From positions 11,594,001-11,658,000 of the forward strand of contig OZ024757.1 in NCBI GenBank assembly GCA_964016885.1: DNA of 64,000 bases. The letters run 5' to 3'. Each line of letters starts with the position of its first letter. Positions within the stretch are counted from its first letter, which is position 1. Shown here piece by piece: positions 1 to 15,000 of the stretch. This DNA is from Eledone cirrhosa. Taxonomy: Eukaryota. A model generated the notes under the pieces. It ran no database searches and was not told the DNA's origin. It worked only from the letters and a program-made list of their open reading frames with translations. Made by a program: the position numbers and the translations under genes.

Positions 1-3000
1 GCCTATCTCGATTTAAAATAATAAATCAATAAAAACAAACAGTATTGGCAAATGGCCATGGTGTTGAGACAAATTCAAATTTCAAAATCAAACCTGTTCC
101 ATAGATAAGTTTAAACTTTAAAATCCAAATGTGTTTCGAGATGAATAAGTGTAAGGATATCATGTCCAGCTCACATCAGTAAACACCCTGAACAAATTGA
201 TATGCTTCACATCTAAATACTTTAAAAGACAGTTTAACGCACGTGGTTTTACAGTTTCTAGCCAACCTCATACTCGTACTGCTAGAAATAACAGCCGTAT
301 ATATGGGGCTACTATGAGCTCAACGTAAGGAGCAATTATATTAAGTGTATTGAGTTCAAAACTCAAGCATTCCTTTACAATGAAATAGCTCAAAGAAAGA
401 AATATTTCTGAGCCGTATAATACAAGTAAATATAATTAATATATATGATGAAACACAAATACCAACATATATGTGTTTATAATGTAAAAGAAATTAAGTT
501 AGCTAGAATGAAATATACTAATTATAATATTACAGTTTGCCTATCTCGATTTAAAATAATAAATCAATAAAAACACACAGTATTGGCAAATGGCCATGGT
601 GTTTAGACAAATTTAAATTTCAAAATCAAACCTGTTCCTTAGATAAGTTTAAACTTTAAAATCCAAATATGTTTCGAGATGAATAAGTGTAAGGATATCA
701 TGTCCAGCTCACATCAGTAAACACCCTGAACAAATTGATATGCTTCACTTCTAAATATTTTAAAAGAATGTTTAACGCATATAGTTTTCCAGATTCTAGC
801 CAGCCTCATACGCGTACTGCTAGAAATAACAGCCGTATATATGGGGCTACTATGAGCTCAACGTAAGGAGCAATTATATTAAGTGTATTGACTTCAAAAC
901 TCAAGCATTCCTTTACAATGAAATAGCTCAAAGAAAGAAATATTTCTGAGCCGTATAATACAAGTAAATATAAATTAATATATATGATGAAACACAAATA
1001 CCAACATATCTGTGTTTATATTGTAAAAGAAATTTAGTTAGCTAGAATGAAATATACTAATTATAATATTACAATTTGCCTATCTCGATTAAAAATAATA
1101 AATCAATAAAAACAAACAGTATTGGCAAATGGCCTTGGTGTTTAGACAAATTTAAATTTCAAAATCAAACCTGTTCCATAGATAAGTTTAAACTTTAAAA
1201 TCCAAATATGTTTCGAGATGAATAAGTGTAAGGATATCATGTCCAGCTGACATCAGTAAACACCCTGAACAAATTGATATGCTTCACTTCTAAATATTTT
1301 AAAAGAATGTTTAACGCACATAGTTTTCCAGATTCTAGCCAGCCTCATACGCGTACTGCTAGAAATAACAGCCGTATATATGGGGCTACTATCAGCTCAA
1401 CGTAAGGAGCAATTATATTAAGTGTATTGAGTTCAAAACTCAAGCATTCCTTTACAATGAAATAGCTCAAAGAAAGAAATATTTCTGAGCCGAATAATAC
1501 AAGTAAATATAAGTTAATATATATGATGAAACACAAATACCAACATATCGGTGTTTATATTGTAAAAGAAATTAAGTTAGTTATTATGAAATATACTAAT
1601 TATAATATTACAGTTTGCCTATCTCCATTTAAAATAATAAATCAATAAAAACACACAGTATTGGCAAATGGCCATGGTGTTTAGACAAATTTAAATTTCA
1701 AAATCAAACCTGTTCCATAGATAAGTTTAAACTTTAAAATCCAAATATGTTTCGAGATGAATAAGTGTAAGGATATCATGTCCAGCTCACATCAATAAAC
1801 ACCCTGAACAAATTGATATGCTTCACTTCTAAATATTTTAAAAGACTGTTTAACGCACATTGTTTTCCAGATTCTAGCCAGCCTCATACGCGTACTGCTA
1901 GAAATAACAGCCGTATATATGGGGCTACTATGAGCTCAACGTAAGGAGCAATTATATTAAGTGTATTGACTTCAAAACTCAAGCATTCCTTTACAATGAA
2001 ATAGCTCAAAGAAAGAAATATTTCTGAGCCGTATAATACAAGTAAATATGAATTAATATATATGATGAAACACAAGTACCAACATATCTGTGTTTATATT
2101 GTAAAAGAAATTTAGTTAGCTAGAATGAAATATACTAATTATAATATTACAGTTTGCCTATCACGATTTAAAATAATAAATCAATAAAAATAAACATTAT
2201 TGTCAAATGGCCATGGTGTTTAGACAAATTTAAATTTCAAAATCAAACCCGTTCCGTAGAAAAGTTTAAACTTTAAAATCCAAATATATTTCGAGATGAA
2301 TAAGTGTAAGGATATCATGTCCAGCTCACATCAGTAAACACCCTGAACAAATTGATATGCTTTACTTCTAAATATTTTAAAAGACCGTTTAACGCACATA
2401 GTTTTCCAGTTTCTAGCCAGCCTCATACTCGTACCGCTAGAAATAAGAGCCGTATATATGGGGCTACTATCAGCTCAACGTAAGGAGCAATTATATTAAG
2501 TGTATTGAGTTCAAAACTCAAGTATTCCTTTACAATGAAATAGCTCAAAGAAAGAAATATTTCTGAGCCGAATAATACAAGTAAATATAAGTTAATATAT
2601 ATGATGAAACACAAATACCAACATATCTGTGTTTATATTGTAAACGAAATTAAGTTAGCTAGAATGAAATATACTAATTATAATATTACAGTTTGCCTAT
2701 CTCGATTTAAAATAATAAATCAATAAAAACAAACATTATTGTCAAATGGCCATGGTGTTTAGACAAATTTAAATTTCAAAATCAAACCCGTTCCGTAGAA
2801 AAGTTTAAACTTTAAAATCCAAATATATTTCGAGATGAATAAGTGTAAGGATATCATGTCCAGCTCACATCAGTAAACACCCTGAACAAATTGATATGCT
2901 TTACTTCTAAATATTTTAAAACACCGTTTAACGCACATAGTTTTCCAGTTTCTAGCCAGCCTCATACTCGTACCGCTAGAAATAACAGCCGTATATATGG

Positions 3001-6000
3001 GGCTACTATCAGCTCAACGTAAGGAGCAATTATATTAAGTGTATTGAGTTCAAAACTCAAGCATTCCTTTACAATGAAATAGCTCAAAGAAAGAAATATT
3101 TCTGAGCCGAATAATACAAGTAAATATAAATTAATATATATGATGAAACACAAATACCAACATATCGGTGTTTATATTGTAAAAGAAATTAAGTTAGTTA
3201 GTATGAAATATACTAATTATAATATTACAGTTTGCCTATCTCGATTTAAAATAATAAATCAATACAAACAAACAGTATTGGCAAATGGCCATGGTGTTTA
3301 GACAAATTTAAATTTCAAAATCAAACCTGTTCCATAGATAAGTTTAAACTTTAAAGTCCAAATGTGTTTCGAGATGAATAAGTGTAAGGATATCATGTCC
3401 AGCTCACATCAGTAAACACCCTGAACAAATTGATATGCTTCACTTCTAAATACTTTAAAAGACTGTTTAACGCACGTGGTTTTACAGTTTCTAGCCAACC
3501 TCATACTCGTACTGCTAGAAATAACAGCCGTATATATGGGGCTACTATCAGCTCAACGTAAGGAGCAATTATATTAAGTGTATTGAGTTCAAAACTCAAG
3601 CATTCCTTTACAATGAAATAGCTCAAAGAAAGAAATATTTCTGAGCCGAATAATACAAGTAAATATAAATTAATATATATGATGAAACACAAATACCAAC
3701 ATATCGGTGTTTATATTGTAAAAGAAATTAAGTTAGTTAGTATGAAATATATTAATTATAATATTACAGTTTGCCTATCTCGATTTAAAATAATAAATCA
3801 ATAAAAACAAACAGTATTGGCAAATGGCCATGGTGTTGAGACAAATTCAAATTTCAAAATCAAACCTGTTCCATAGATAAGTTTAAACTTTAAAATCCAA
3901 ATGTGTTTCGAGATGAATAAGTGTAAGGATATCATGTCCAGCTCACATCAGTAAACACCCTGAACAAATTGATATGCTTCACTTCTAAATATTTTAAAAG
4001 ACCGTTTAACGCACATAGTTTTCCAGTTTCTAGCCAGCCTCATACTCGTACTGCTAGAAATAACAGCCGTATATATGGGGCTACTATCAGCTCAACGTAA
4101 GGAGCAATTATATTAAGTGTATTGAGTTCAAAACTCAAGCATTCCTTTACAATGAAATAGCTCAAAGAAAGAAATATTTCTGAGCCGTATAATATAAATA
4201 AATATAAATTAATATATATGATGAAACACAAATACCAACATATCTGTGTTTATATTGTAAAAGAAATTAAGTTAGCTAGAATTAAATATACTAATTATAA
4301 TATTACAGTTTGCCTATCTCGATTTAAAATAATAAATCAATAAAAACAAAAAGTGTTGGCAAATGGCCATGGTGTTTAGACAAATTTAAATTTCAAAATC
4401 TAACCCGTTCCGTAGATAAGTTTAAAATTTAAAGTCCAAATATGTTTCGAGATGAATAAGTGTAAGGATATCATGTCCAGCTCACATCAGCAAACACCCT
4501 GAACAAATTGATATGCTTCACTTCTAAATATTGTAAAAGACCGTTTAACGCACATAGCTTTCCAGTTTCTAGCCAGCCTCATACTCGTACTGCTAGAAAT
4601 AACAGCCATATATATGGGGCTTCTATCAGCTCAACGTAAGGAGCAATTATATTAAGTGTATTGAGTTCAAAACTCAAGCATTCCTTTACAATGAAATAGC
4701 TCAAAGAAAGAAATATTTCTGAGCCGAATAATACAAGTAAATATAAATTAATATATATGATGAAACACAAATACCAACATATCGGTGTTTATATTGTAAA
4801 AGAAATTAAGTTAGTTAGTATGAAATATACTAATTATAATATTACAGTTTGCCTATCACGATTTAAAATAATAAATCAATAAAAACAAACATTATTGTCA
4901 AATGGCCATGGTGTTTAGACAAATTTAAATTTCAAAATCAAACCCGTTCCGTAGAAAAGTTTAAACTTTAAAATCCAAATATATTTCGAGATGAATAAGT
5001 GTAAGGATATCATGTCCAGCTCACATCAGTAAACACCCTGAACAAATTGATATGCTTTACTTCTAAATATTTTAAAAGACCGTTTAACGCACATAGTTTT
5101 CCAGTTTCTAGCCAGCCTCATACTCGTACCGCTAGAAATAACAGCCGTATATATGGGGCTACTATCAGCTCAACGTAAGGAGCAATTATATTAAGTGTAT
5201 TGAGTTCAAAACTCAAGCATTCCTTTACAATGAAATAGCTCAAAGAAAGAAATATTTCTGAGCCGAATAATACAAGTAAATATAAGTTAATATATATGAT
5301 GAAACACAAATACCAACATATCTGTGTTTATATTGTAAACGAAATTAAGTTAGCTAGAATGAAATATACTAATTATAATATTACAGTTTGCCTATCTCGA
5401 TTTAAAATAATAAATCAATAAAAACACACAGTATTGGCAAATGGCCATGGTGTTTAGACAAATTTAAATTTCAAAATCAAACCTGTTCCATAGATAAGTT
5501 TAAACTTTAAAATCCAAATATGTTTCGAGATGAATAAGTGTAAGGATATCATGTCCAGCTCACATCAGTAAACACCCTGAACAAATTGATATGCTTCACA
5601 TCTAAATACTTTAAAAGACAGTTTAACGCACGTGGTTTTACAGTTTCTAGCCAACCTCATACTCGTACTGCTAGAAATAACAGCCGTATATATGGGGCTA
5701 CTATGAGCTCAACGTAAGGAGCAATTATATTAAGTGTATTGAGTTCAAAACTCAAGCATTCCTTTACAATGAAATAGCTCAAAGAAAGAAATATTTCTGA
5801 GCCGTATAATACAAGTAAATATAATTAATATATATGATGAAACACAAATACCAACATATATGTGTTTATAATGTAAAAGAAATTAAGTTAGCTAGAATGA
5901 AATATACTAATTATAATATTACAGTTTGCCTATCTCGATTTAAAATAATAAATCAATAAAAACACACAGTATTGGCAAATGGCCATGGTGTTTAGACAAA

Positions 6001-9000
6001 TTTAAATTTCAAAATCAAACCTGTTCCTTAGATAAGTTTAAACTTTAAAATCCAAATATGTTTCGAGATGAATAAGTGTAAGGATATCATGTCCAGCTCA
6101 CATCAGTAAACACCCTGAACAAATTGATATGCTTCACTTCTAAATATTTTAAAAGAATGTTTAACGCATATAGTTTTCCAGATTCTAGCCAGCCTCATAC
6201 GCGTACTGCTAGAAATAACAGCCGTATATATGGGGCTACTATGAGCTCAACGTAAGGAGCAATTATATTAAGTGTATTGACTTCAAAACTCAAGCATTCC
6301 TTTACAATGAAATAGCTCAAAGAAAGAAATATTTCTGAGCCGTATAATACAAGTAAATATAAATTAATATATATGATGAAACACAAATACCAACATATCT
6401 GTGTTTATATTGTAAAAGAAATTTAGTTAGCTAGAATGAAATATACTAATTATAATATTACAATTTGCCTATCTCGATTAAAAATAATAAATCAATAAAA
6501 ACAAACAGTATTGGCAAATGGCCTTGGTGTTTAGACAAATTTAAATTTCAAAATCAAACCTGTTCCATAGATAAGTTTAAACTTTAAAATCCAAATATGT
6601 TTCGAGATGAATAAGTGTAAGGATATCATGTCCAGCTGACATCAGTAAACACCCTGAACAAATTGATATGCTTCACTTCTAAATATTTTAAAAGAATGTT
6701 TAACGCACATAGTTTTCCAGATTCTAGCCAGCCTCATACGCGTACTGCTAGAAATAACAGCCGTATATATGGGGCTACTATCAGCTCAACGTAAGGAGCA
6801 ATTATATTAAGTGTATTGAGTTCAAAACTCAAGCATTCCTTTACAATGAAATAGCTCAAAGAAAGAAATATTTCTGAGCCGAATAATACAAGTAAATATA
6901 AGTTAATATATATGATGAAACACAAATACCAACATATCGGTGTTTATATTGTAAAAGAAATTAAGTTAGTTATTATGAAATATACTAATTATAATATTAC
7001 AGTTTGCCTATCTCCATTTAAAATAATAAATCAATAAAAACACACAGTATTGGCAAATGGCCATGGTGTTTAGACAAATTTAAATTTCAAAATCAAACCT
7101 GTTCCATAGATAAGTTTAAACTTTAAAATCCAAATATGTTTCGAGATGAATAAGTGTAAGGATATCATGTCCAGCTCACATCAATAAACACCCTGAACAA
7201 ATTGATATGCTTCACTTCTAAATATTTTAAAAGACTGTTTAACGCACATAGTTTTCCAGATTCTAGCCAGCCTCATACGCGTACTGCTAGAAATAACAGC
7301 CGTATATATGGGGCTACTATGAGCTCAACGTAAGGAGCAATTATATTAAGTGTATTGACTTCAAAACTCAAGCATTCCTTTACAATGAAATAGCTCAAAG
7401 AAAGAAATATTTCTGAGCCGTATAATACAAGTAAATATAAATTAATATATATGATGAAACACAAATACCAACATATCTGTGTTTATATTGTAAAAGAAAT
7501 TTAGTTAGCTAGAATGAAATATACTAATTATAATATTACAATTTGCCTATCTCGTCTCGATTAAAAATAATAAATCAATAAAAACAAACAGTATTGGCAA
7601 ATGGCCATGGTTTTTAGACAAATTTAAATTTCAAAATCGAACCTGTTCCATTCATAAGTTTAAACTTTAAAATCCAAATATGTTTCGAGATGAATGTAAG
7701 GATATCATGTCCAGCTCACATCAGTAAACACACTGAACAAATTGATATGCTTCACTTCTAAATATTTTAAAAGACTGTTTAACGCACATTGTTTTCCAGA
7801 TTCTAGCCAGCCTCATACGCGTACTGCTAGAAATAACAGCCGTATATATGGGGCTACTATGAGCTCAACGTAAGGAGCAATTATATTAAGTGTATTGACT
7901 TCAAAACTCAAGCATTCCTTTACAATGAAATAGCTCAAAGAAAGAAATATTTCTGAGCCGTATAATACAAGTAAATATGAATTAATATATATGATGAAAC
8001 ACAAGTACCAACATATCTGTGTTTATATTGTAAAAGAAATTTAGTTAGCTAGAATGAAATATACTAATTATAATATTACAGTTTGCCTATCACGATTTAA
8101 AATAATAAATCAATAAAAATAAACATTATTGTCAAATGGCCATGGTGTTTAGACAAATTTAAATTTCAAAATCAAACCCGTTCCGTAGAAAAGTTTAAAC
8201 TTTAAAATCCAAATATATTTCGAGATGAATAAGTGTAAGGATATCATGTCCAGCTCACATCAGTAAACACCCTGAACAAATTGATATGCTTTACTTCTAA
8301 ATATTTTAAAAGACCGTTTAACGCACATAGTTTTCCAGTTTCTAGCCAGCCTCATACTCGTACCGCTAGAAATAACAGCCGTATATATGGGGCTACTATC
8401 AGCTCAACGTAAGGAGCAATTATATTAAGTGTATTGAGTTCAAAACTCAAGTATTCCTTTACAATGAAATAGCTCAAAGAAAGAAATATTTCTGAGCCGA
8501 ATAATACAAGTAAATATAAGTTAATATATATGATGAAACACAAATACCAACATATCTGTGTTTATATTGTAAACGAAATTAAGTTAGCTAGAATGAAATA
8601 TACTAATTATAATATTACAGTTTGCCTATCTCGATTTAAAATAATAAATCAATAAAAACACACAGTATTGGCAAATGGCCATGGTGTTTAGACAAATTTA
8701 AATTTCAAAATCAAACCTGTTCCATAGATAAGTTTAAACTTTAAAATCCAAATATGTTTCGAGATGAATAAGTGTAAGGATATCATGTCCAGCTGACATC
8801 AGTAAACACCCTGAACAAATTGATATGCTTCACTTCTAAATATTTTAAAAGAATGTTTAACGCACATAGTTTTCCAGATTCTAGCCAGCCTCATACGCGT
8901 ACTGCTAGAAATAACAGCCGTATATATGGGGCTACTATCAGCTCAACGTAAGGAGCAATTATATTAAGTGTATTGAGTTCAAAACTCAAGCATTCCTTTA

Positions 9001-12000
9001 CAATGAAATAGCTCAAAGAAAGAAATATTTCTGAGCCGAATAATACAAGTAAATATAAGTTAATATATATGATGAAACACAAATACCAACATATCGGTGT
9101 TTATATTGTAAAAGAAATTAAGTTAGTTATTATGAAATATACTAATTATAATATTACAGTTTGCCTATCTCCATTTAAAATAATAAATCAATAAAAACAC
9201 ACAGTATTGGCAAATGGCCATGGTGTTTAGACAAATTTAAATTTCAAAATCAAACCTGTTCTATAGATAAGTTTAAACTTTAAAATCCAAATATGTTTCG
9301 AGATGAATAAGTGTAAGGATATCATGTCCAGCTCACATCAGTAAACACCCTGAACAAATTGATATGCTTCACTTCTAAATATTTTAAAAGACTGTTTAAC
9401 GCATATAGTTTTCCAGATTCTAGCGAGCCTCATACGCGTATTGCTAGAAATAACAGCCGTATATATGGGGCTACTATGAGCTCAACGTAAGGAGCAATTA
9501 TATTAAGTGTATTGACTTCAAAACTCAAGCATTCCTTTACAATGAAATAGCTCAAAGAAAGAAATATTTCTGAGCCGTATAATACAAGTAAATATAAATT
9601 AATATATATGATGAAACACAAATACCAACATATCTGTGTTTATATTGTAAAAGAAATTTAGTTAGCTAGAATGAAATATACTAATTATAATATTACAATT
9701 TGCCTATCTCGTCTCGATTAAAAATAATAAATCAATAAAAACAAACAGTATTGGCAAATGGCCATGGTTTTTAGACAAATTTAAATTTCAAAATCGAACC
9801 TGTTCCATTCATAAGTTTAAACATTAAAATCTAAATATGTTTCGAGATGAATGTAAGGATATCATGTCCAGCTCACATCAGTAAACACACTGAACAAATT
9901 GATATGCTTCACTTCTAAATATTTTAAAACACTGTTTACCGCACATTATTTTCCAGATTCTAGCCAGCCTCATACGCGTACTGCTAGAAATAACAGCCGT
10001 ATATATGGGGCTACTATGAGCTCAACGTAAGGAGCAATTATATTAAGTGTATTGACTTCAAAACTCAAGCATTCCTTTACAATGAAATAGCTCAAAGAAA
10101 GAAATATTTCTGAGCCGTATAATACAAGTAAATATAAATTAATATATATGATGAAACACAAATACCAACATATCTGTGTTTATATTGTAAAAGAAATTTA
10201 GTTAGCTAGAATGAAATATACTAATTATAATATTACAGTTTGCCTATCTCGATTAAAAATAATAAATCAATAAAAACAAACAGTATTGGCAAATGGCCAT
10301 GGTGTTTAGACAAATTTAAATTTCAAAATCGAACCTGTTCCATTCATAAGTTTAAACTTTAAAATCCAAATATGTTTCGAGATGAATGTAAGGATATCAT
10401 GTCCAGCTCACATCAGTAAACACCCTGAACAAATTGATATGCTTCACTTCTAAATATTTTAAAAGACTGTTTAACGCACATAGTTTTCCAGATTCTAGCC
10501 AGCCTCATACGCGTACTGCTAGAAATAACAGTCGTATATATGGGGCTACTATCAGCTCAACGTAAGGAGCAATTATATTAAGTGTATTGAGTTCAAAACT
10601 CAAGCATTCCTTTACAATGAAATAGCTCAAAGTAAGAAATATTTCTGTGCCGTATAATACAAGTAAATATAATTAATATATATGATGAAACACAAATACC
10701 AACATATCTGTGTTTATAATGTAAAAGAAATTAAGTTAGCTAGAATGAAATATACTAATTATAATATTACAGTGTGCCTACCTCGATTTAAAATAATAAA
10801 TCAATAAAAACACACAGTATTGGCAAATGGCCATGGTGTTTAGACAAATTTAAATTTCAAAATCAAACCTGTTCCTTAGATAAGTTTAAACTTTAAAATC
10901 CAAATATGTTTCGAGATGAATAAGTGTAAGTATATCATGTCCAGCTCACATCAGTAAACACCCTGAACAAATTGATATGCTTCACTACTAAATATTTTAA
11001 AAGAATGTTTAACGCACATAGTTTTCCAGATTCTAGCCAGCCTCCTACGCGTACTGCTAGAAATAACAGCCGTATATATGGGGCTACTTTCAGCTCAACG
11101 TAAGGAGCAATTATATTAAGTGTATTGACTTCTAAACTCAAGCATTCCTTTACAATGAAATAGCTCAAAGAAAGAAATATTTCTGAGCCGTATAATACAA
11201 GTAAATATAAGTTAATATATATGATGAAACACAAATACCAACATATCGGTGTTTATATTGTAAAAGAAATTAAGTTAGTTATTATGAAATATACTAATTA
11301 TAATATTACAGTTTGCCTATCTCCATTTAAAATAATAAATCAATAAAAACACACAGTATTGGCAAATGGCCATGGTGTTTAGACAAATTTAAATTTCAAA
11401 ATCAAACCTGTTCCATAGATAAGTTTAAACTTTAAAATCCAAATATGTTTCGAGATGAATAAGTGTAAGGATATCATGTCCAGCTCACATCAGTAAACAC
11501 CCTGAACAAATTGATATGCTTCACTTCTAAATATTTTAAAAGACTGTTTAACGCATATAGTTTTCCAGATTCTAGCCAGCCTCATACGCGTACTGCTAGA
11601 AATAACAGCCGTATATATGGGGCTACTATGAGATCAACGTAAGGAGCAATTATATTAAGTGTATTGACTTCAAAACTCAAGCATTCCTTTACAATGAAAT
11701 AGCTCAAAGAAAGAAATATTTCTGAGCCGTATAATACAAGTAAATATAAATTAATATATATGATGAAACACAAATACCAACATATCTGTGTTTATATTGT
11801 AAAAGAAATTTAGTTAGCTAGAATGAAATATACTAATTATAATATTACAATTTGCCTATCTCGATTAAAAATAATAAATCAATAAAAACAAACAGTATTG
11901 GCAAATGGCCATAGTGTTTAGACAAATTTAAATTTCAAAATCGAACCTGTTCCATTCATAAGTTTAAACTTTAAAATCCAAATATGTTTCGAGATGAATG

Positions 12001-15000
12001 TAAGGATATCATGTCCAGCTCATATCAGTAAACACCCTGAACAAATTGATATGCTTCACTTCTAAATATTTTAAAAGACTGTTTACCGCACATAGTTTTC
12101 CAGATTCTAGCCAGCCTCATACACGTACTGCTAGAAATAACAGTCGTATATATGGGGCTACTATCAGCTCAACGTAAGGAGCAATTATATTAAGTGTATT
12201 GAGTTCAAAACTCAAGCATTCCTTTACAATGAAATAGCTCAAAGTAAGAAATATTTCTGTGCCGTATAATACAAGTAAATATAATTAATATATATGATGA
12301 AACACAAATACCAACATATCTGTGTTTATAATGTAAAAGAAATTAAGTTAGCTAGAATGAAATATACTAATTATAATATTACAGTTTGCCTATCTCGATT
12401 TAAAATAATAAATCAATAAAAACACACAGTATTGGCAAATGGCCATGGTGTTTAGACAAATTTAAATTTCAAAATCAAACCTGTTCCTTAGATAAGTTTA
12501 AACTTTAAAATCCAAATATGTTTCGAGATGAATAAGTGTAAGGATATCATGTCCAGCTCACATCAGTAAACACCCTGAACAAATTGATATGCTTCACTTC
12601 TAAATATTTTAAAAGAATGTTTAACGCACATAGTTTTCCAGATTCTAGCCAGCCTCATACGCGTACTGCTAGAAATAACAGCCGTATATATGGGGCTACT
12701 ATCAGCTCAACGTAAGGAGCAATTATATTAAGTGTATTGACTTCAAAACTCAAGCATTCCTTTACAATGAAATAGCTCAAAGAAAAAAATATTTCTGAGC
12801 CGAATAATACAAGTAAATATAAGTTAATATATATGATGAAACACAAATACCAACATATCGGTGTTTATATTGTAAAAGAAATTAAGTTAGTTAGTATGAA
12901 ATATACTAATTATAATATTACAGTTTGCCTATCTCCATTTAAAATAATAAATCAATAAAAACACACAGTATTGGCAAATGGCCATGGTGTTTAGACAAAT
13001 TTAAATTTCAAAATCAAACCTGTTCCATAGATAAGTTTAAACTTTAAAATCCAAATATGTTTCGAGATGAATAAGTGTAAGGATATCATGTCCAGCTCAC
13101 ATCAGTAAACACCCTGAACAAATTGATATGCTTCACTTCTAAATATTTTAAAAGACTGTTTAACGCACATAGTTTTCCAGATTCTAGCCAGCCTCATACG
13201 CGTACTGCTAGAAATAACAGCCGTATATATGGGGCTACTATCAGCTCAACGTAAGGAGCAATTATATTAAGTGTATTGACTTCTAAACTCAAGCATTCCT
13301 TTACAATGAAATAGCTCAAAGAAAGAAATATTTCTGAGCCGTATAATACAAGTAAATATAAGTTAATATATATGATGAAACACAAATACCAACATATCTG
13401 TGTTTATATTGTAAACGAAATTAAGTTAGCTAGAATGAAATATACTAATTATAATATTACAATTTGCCTATCTCGATTAAAAATAATAAATCAATAAAAA
13501 CAAACAGTATTGGCAAATGGCCATGGTGTTTAGACAAATTTAAATTTCAAAATCGAACCTGTTCCATTCATAAGTTTAAACTTTAAAATCCAAATATGTT
13601 TCGAGATGAATGTAAGGATATCATGTCCAGCTCACATCATTAAACACCCTGAACAAATTGATATGCTTCACTTCTAAATATTTTAAAAGACTGTTTAACG
13701 CACATAGTTTTCCAGATACTAGCCAGCCTCATACGCGTACTGCCAGAAATAACAGTCGTATATATGGGGCTACTATCAGCTCAACGTAAGGAGCAATTAT
13801 ATTAAGTGTATTGAGTTCAAAACTCAAGCATTCCTTTACAATGAAATAGCTCAAAGAAAGAAATATTTCTGAGCCGAATAATACAAGTAAATATAAGTTA
13901 ATATATATGATGAAACACAAATACCAACATATCGGTGTTTATATTGTAAAAGAAATTAAGTTAGTTATTATGAAATATACTAATTATAATATTACAGTTT
14001 GCCTATCTCCATTTAAAATAATAAATCAATAAAAACACACAGTATTGGCAAATGGCCATGGTGTTTAGACAAATTTAAATTTCAAAATCAAACCTGTTCC
14101 ATAGATAAGTTTAAACTTTAAAATCCAAATATGTTTCGAGATGAATAAGTGTAAGGATATCATGTCCAGCTCACATCAGTAAACACCCTGAACAAATTGA
14201 TATGCTTCACTTCTAAATATTTTAAAAGACTGTTTAACGCATATAGTTTTCCAGATTCTAGCCAGCCTCATACGCGTACTGCTAGAAATAACAGCCGTAT
14301 ATATGGGGCTACTATGAGCTCAACGTAAGGAGCAATTATATTAAGTGTATTCACTTCAAAACTCAAGCATTCCTTTACAATGAAATAGCTCAAAGAAAGA
14401 AATATTTCTGAGCCGTATAATACAAGTAAATATAAATTAATATATATGATGAAACACAAATACCAACATATCTGTGTTTATATTGTAAAAGAAATTTAGT
14501 TAGCTAGAATGAAATATACTAATTATAATATTACAGTTTGCCTATCTCGATTAAAAATAATAAATCAATAAAAACAAACAGTATTGGCAAATGGCCATGG
14601 TGTTTAGACAAATTTAAATTTCAAAATCGAACCTGTTCCATTCATAAGTTTAAACTTTAAAATCCAAATATGTTTCGAGATGAATGTAAGGATATCATGT
14701 CCAGCTCACATCAGTAAACACCCTGAACAAATTGATATGCTTCACTTCTAAATATTTTAAAAGACTGTTTAACGCACATAGTTTTCCAGATTCTAGCCAG
14801 CCTCATACGCGTACTGCTAGAAATAACAGTCGTATATATGGGGCTACTATCAGCTCAACGTAAGGAGCAATTATATTAAGTGTATTGAGTTCAAAACTCA
14901 AGCATTCCTTTACAATGAAATAGCTCAAAGTAAGAAATATTTCTGTGCCGTATAATACAAGTAAGTATAATTAATATATATGATGAAACACAAATACCAA

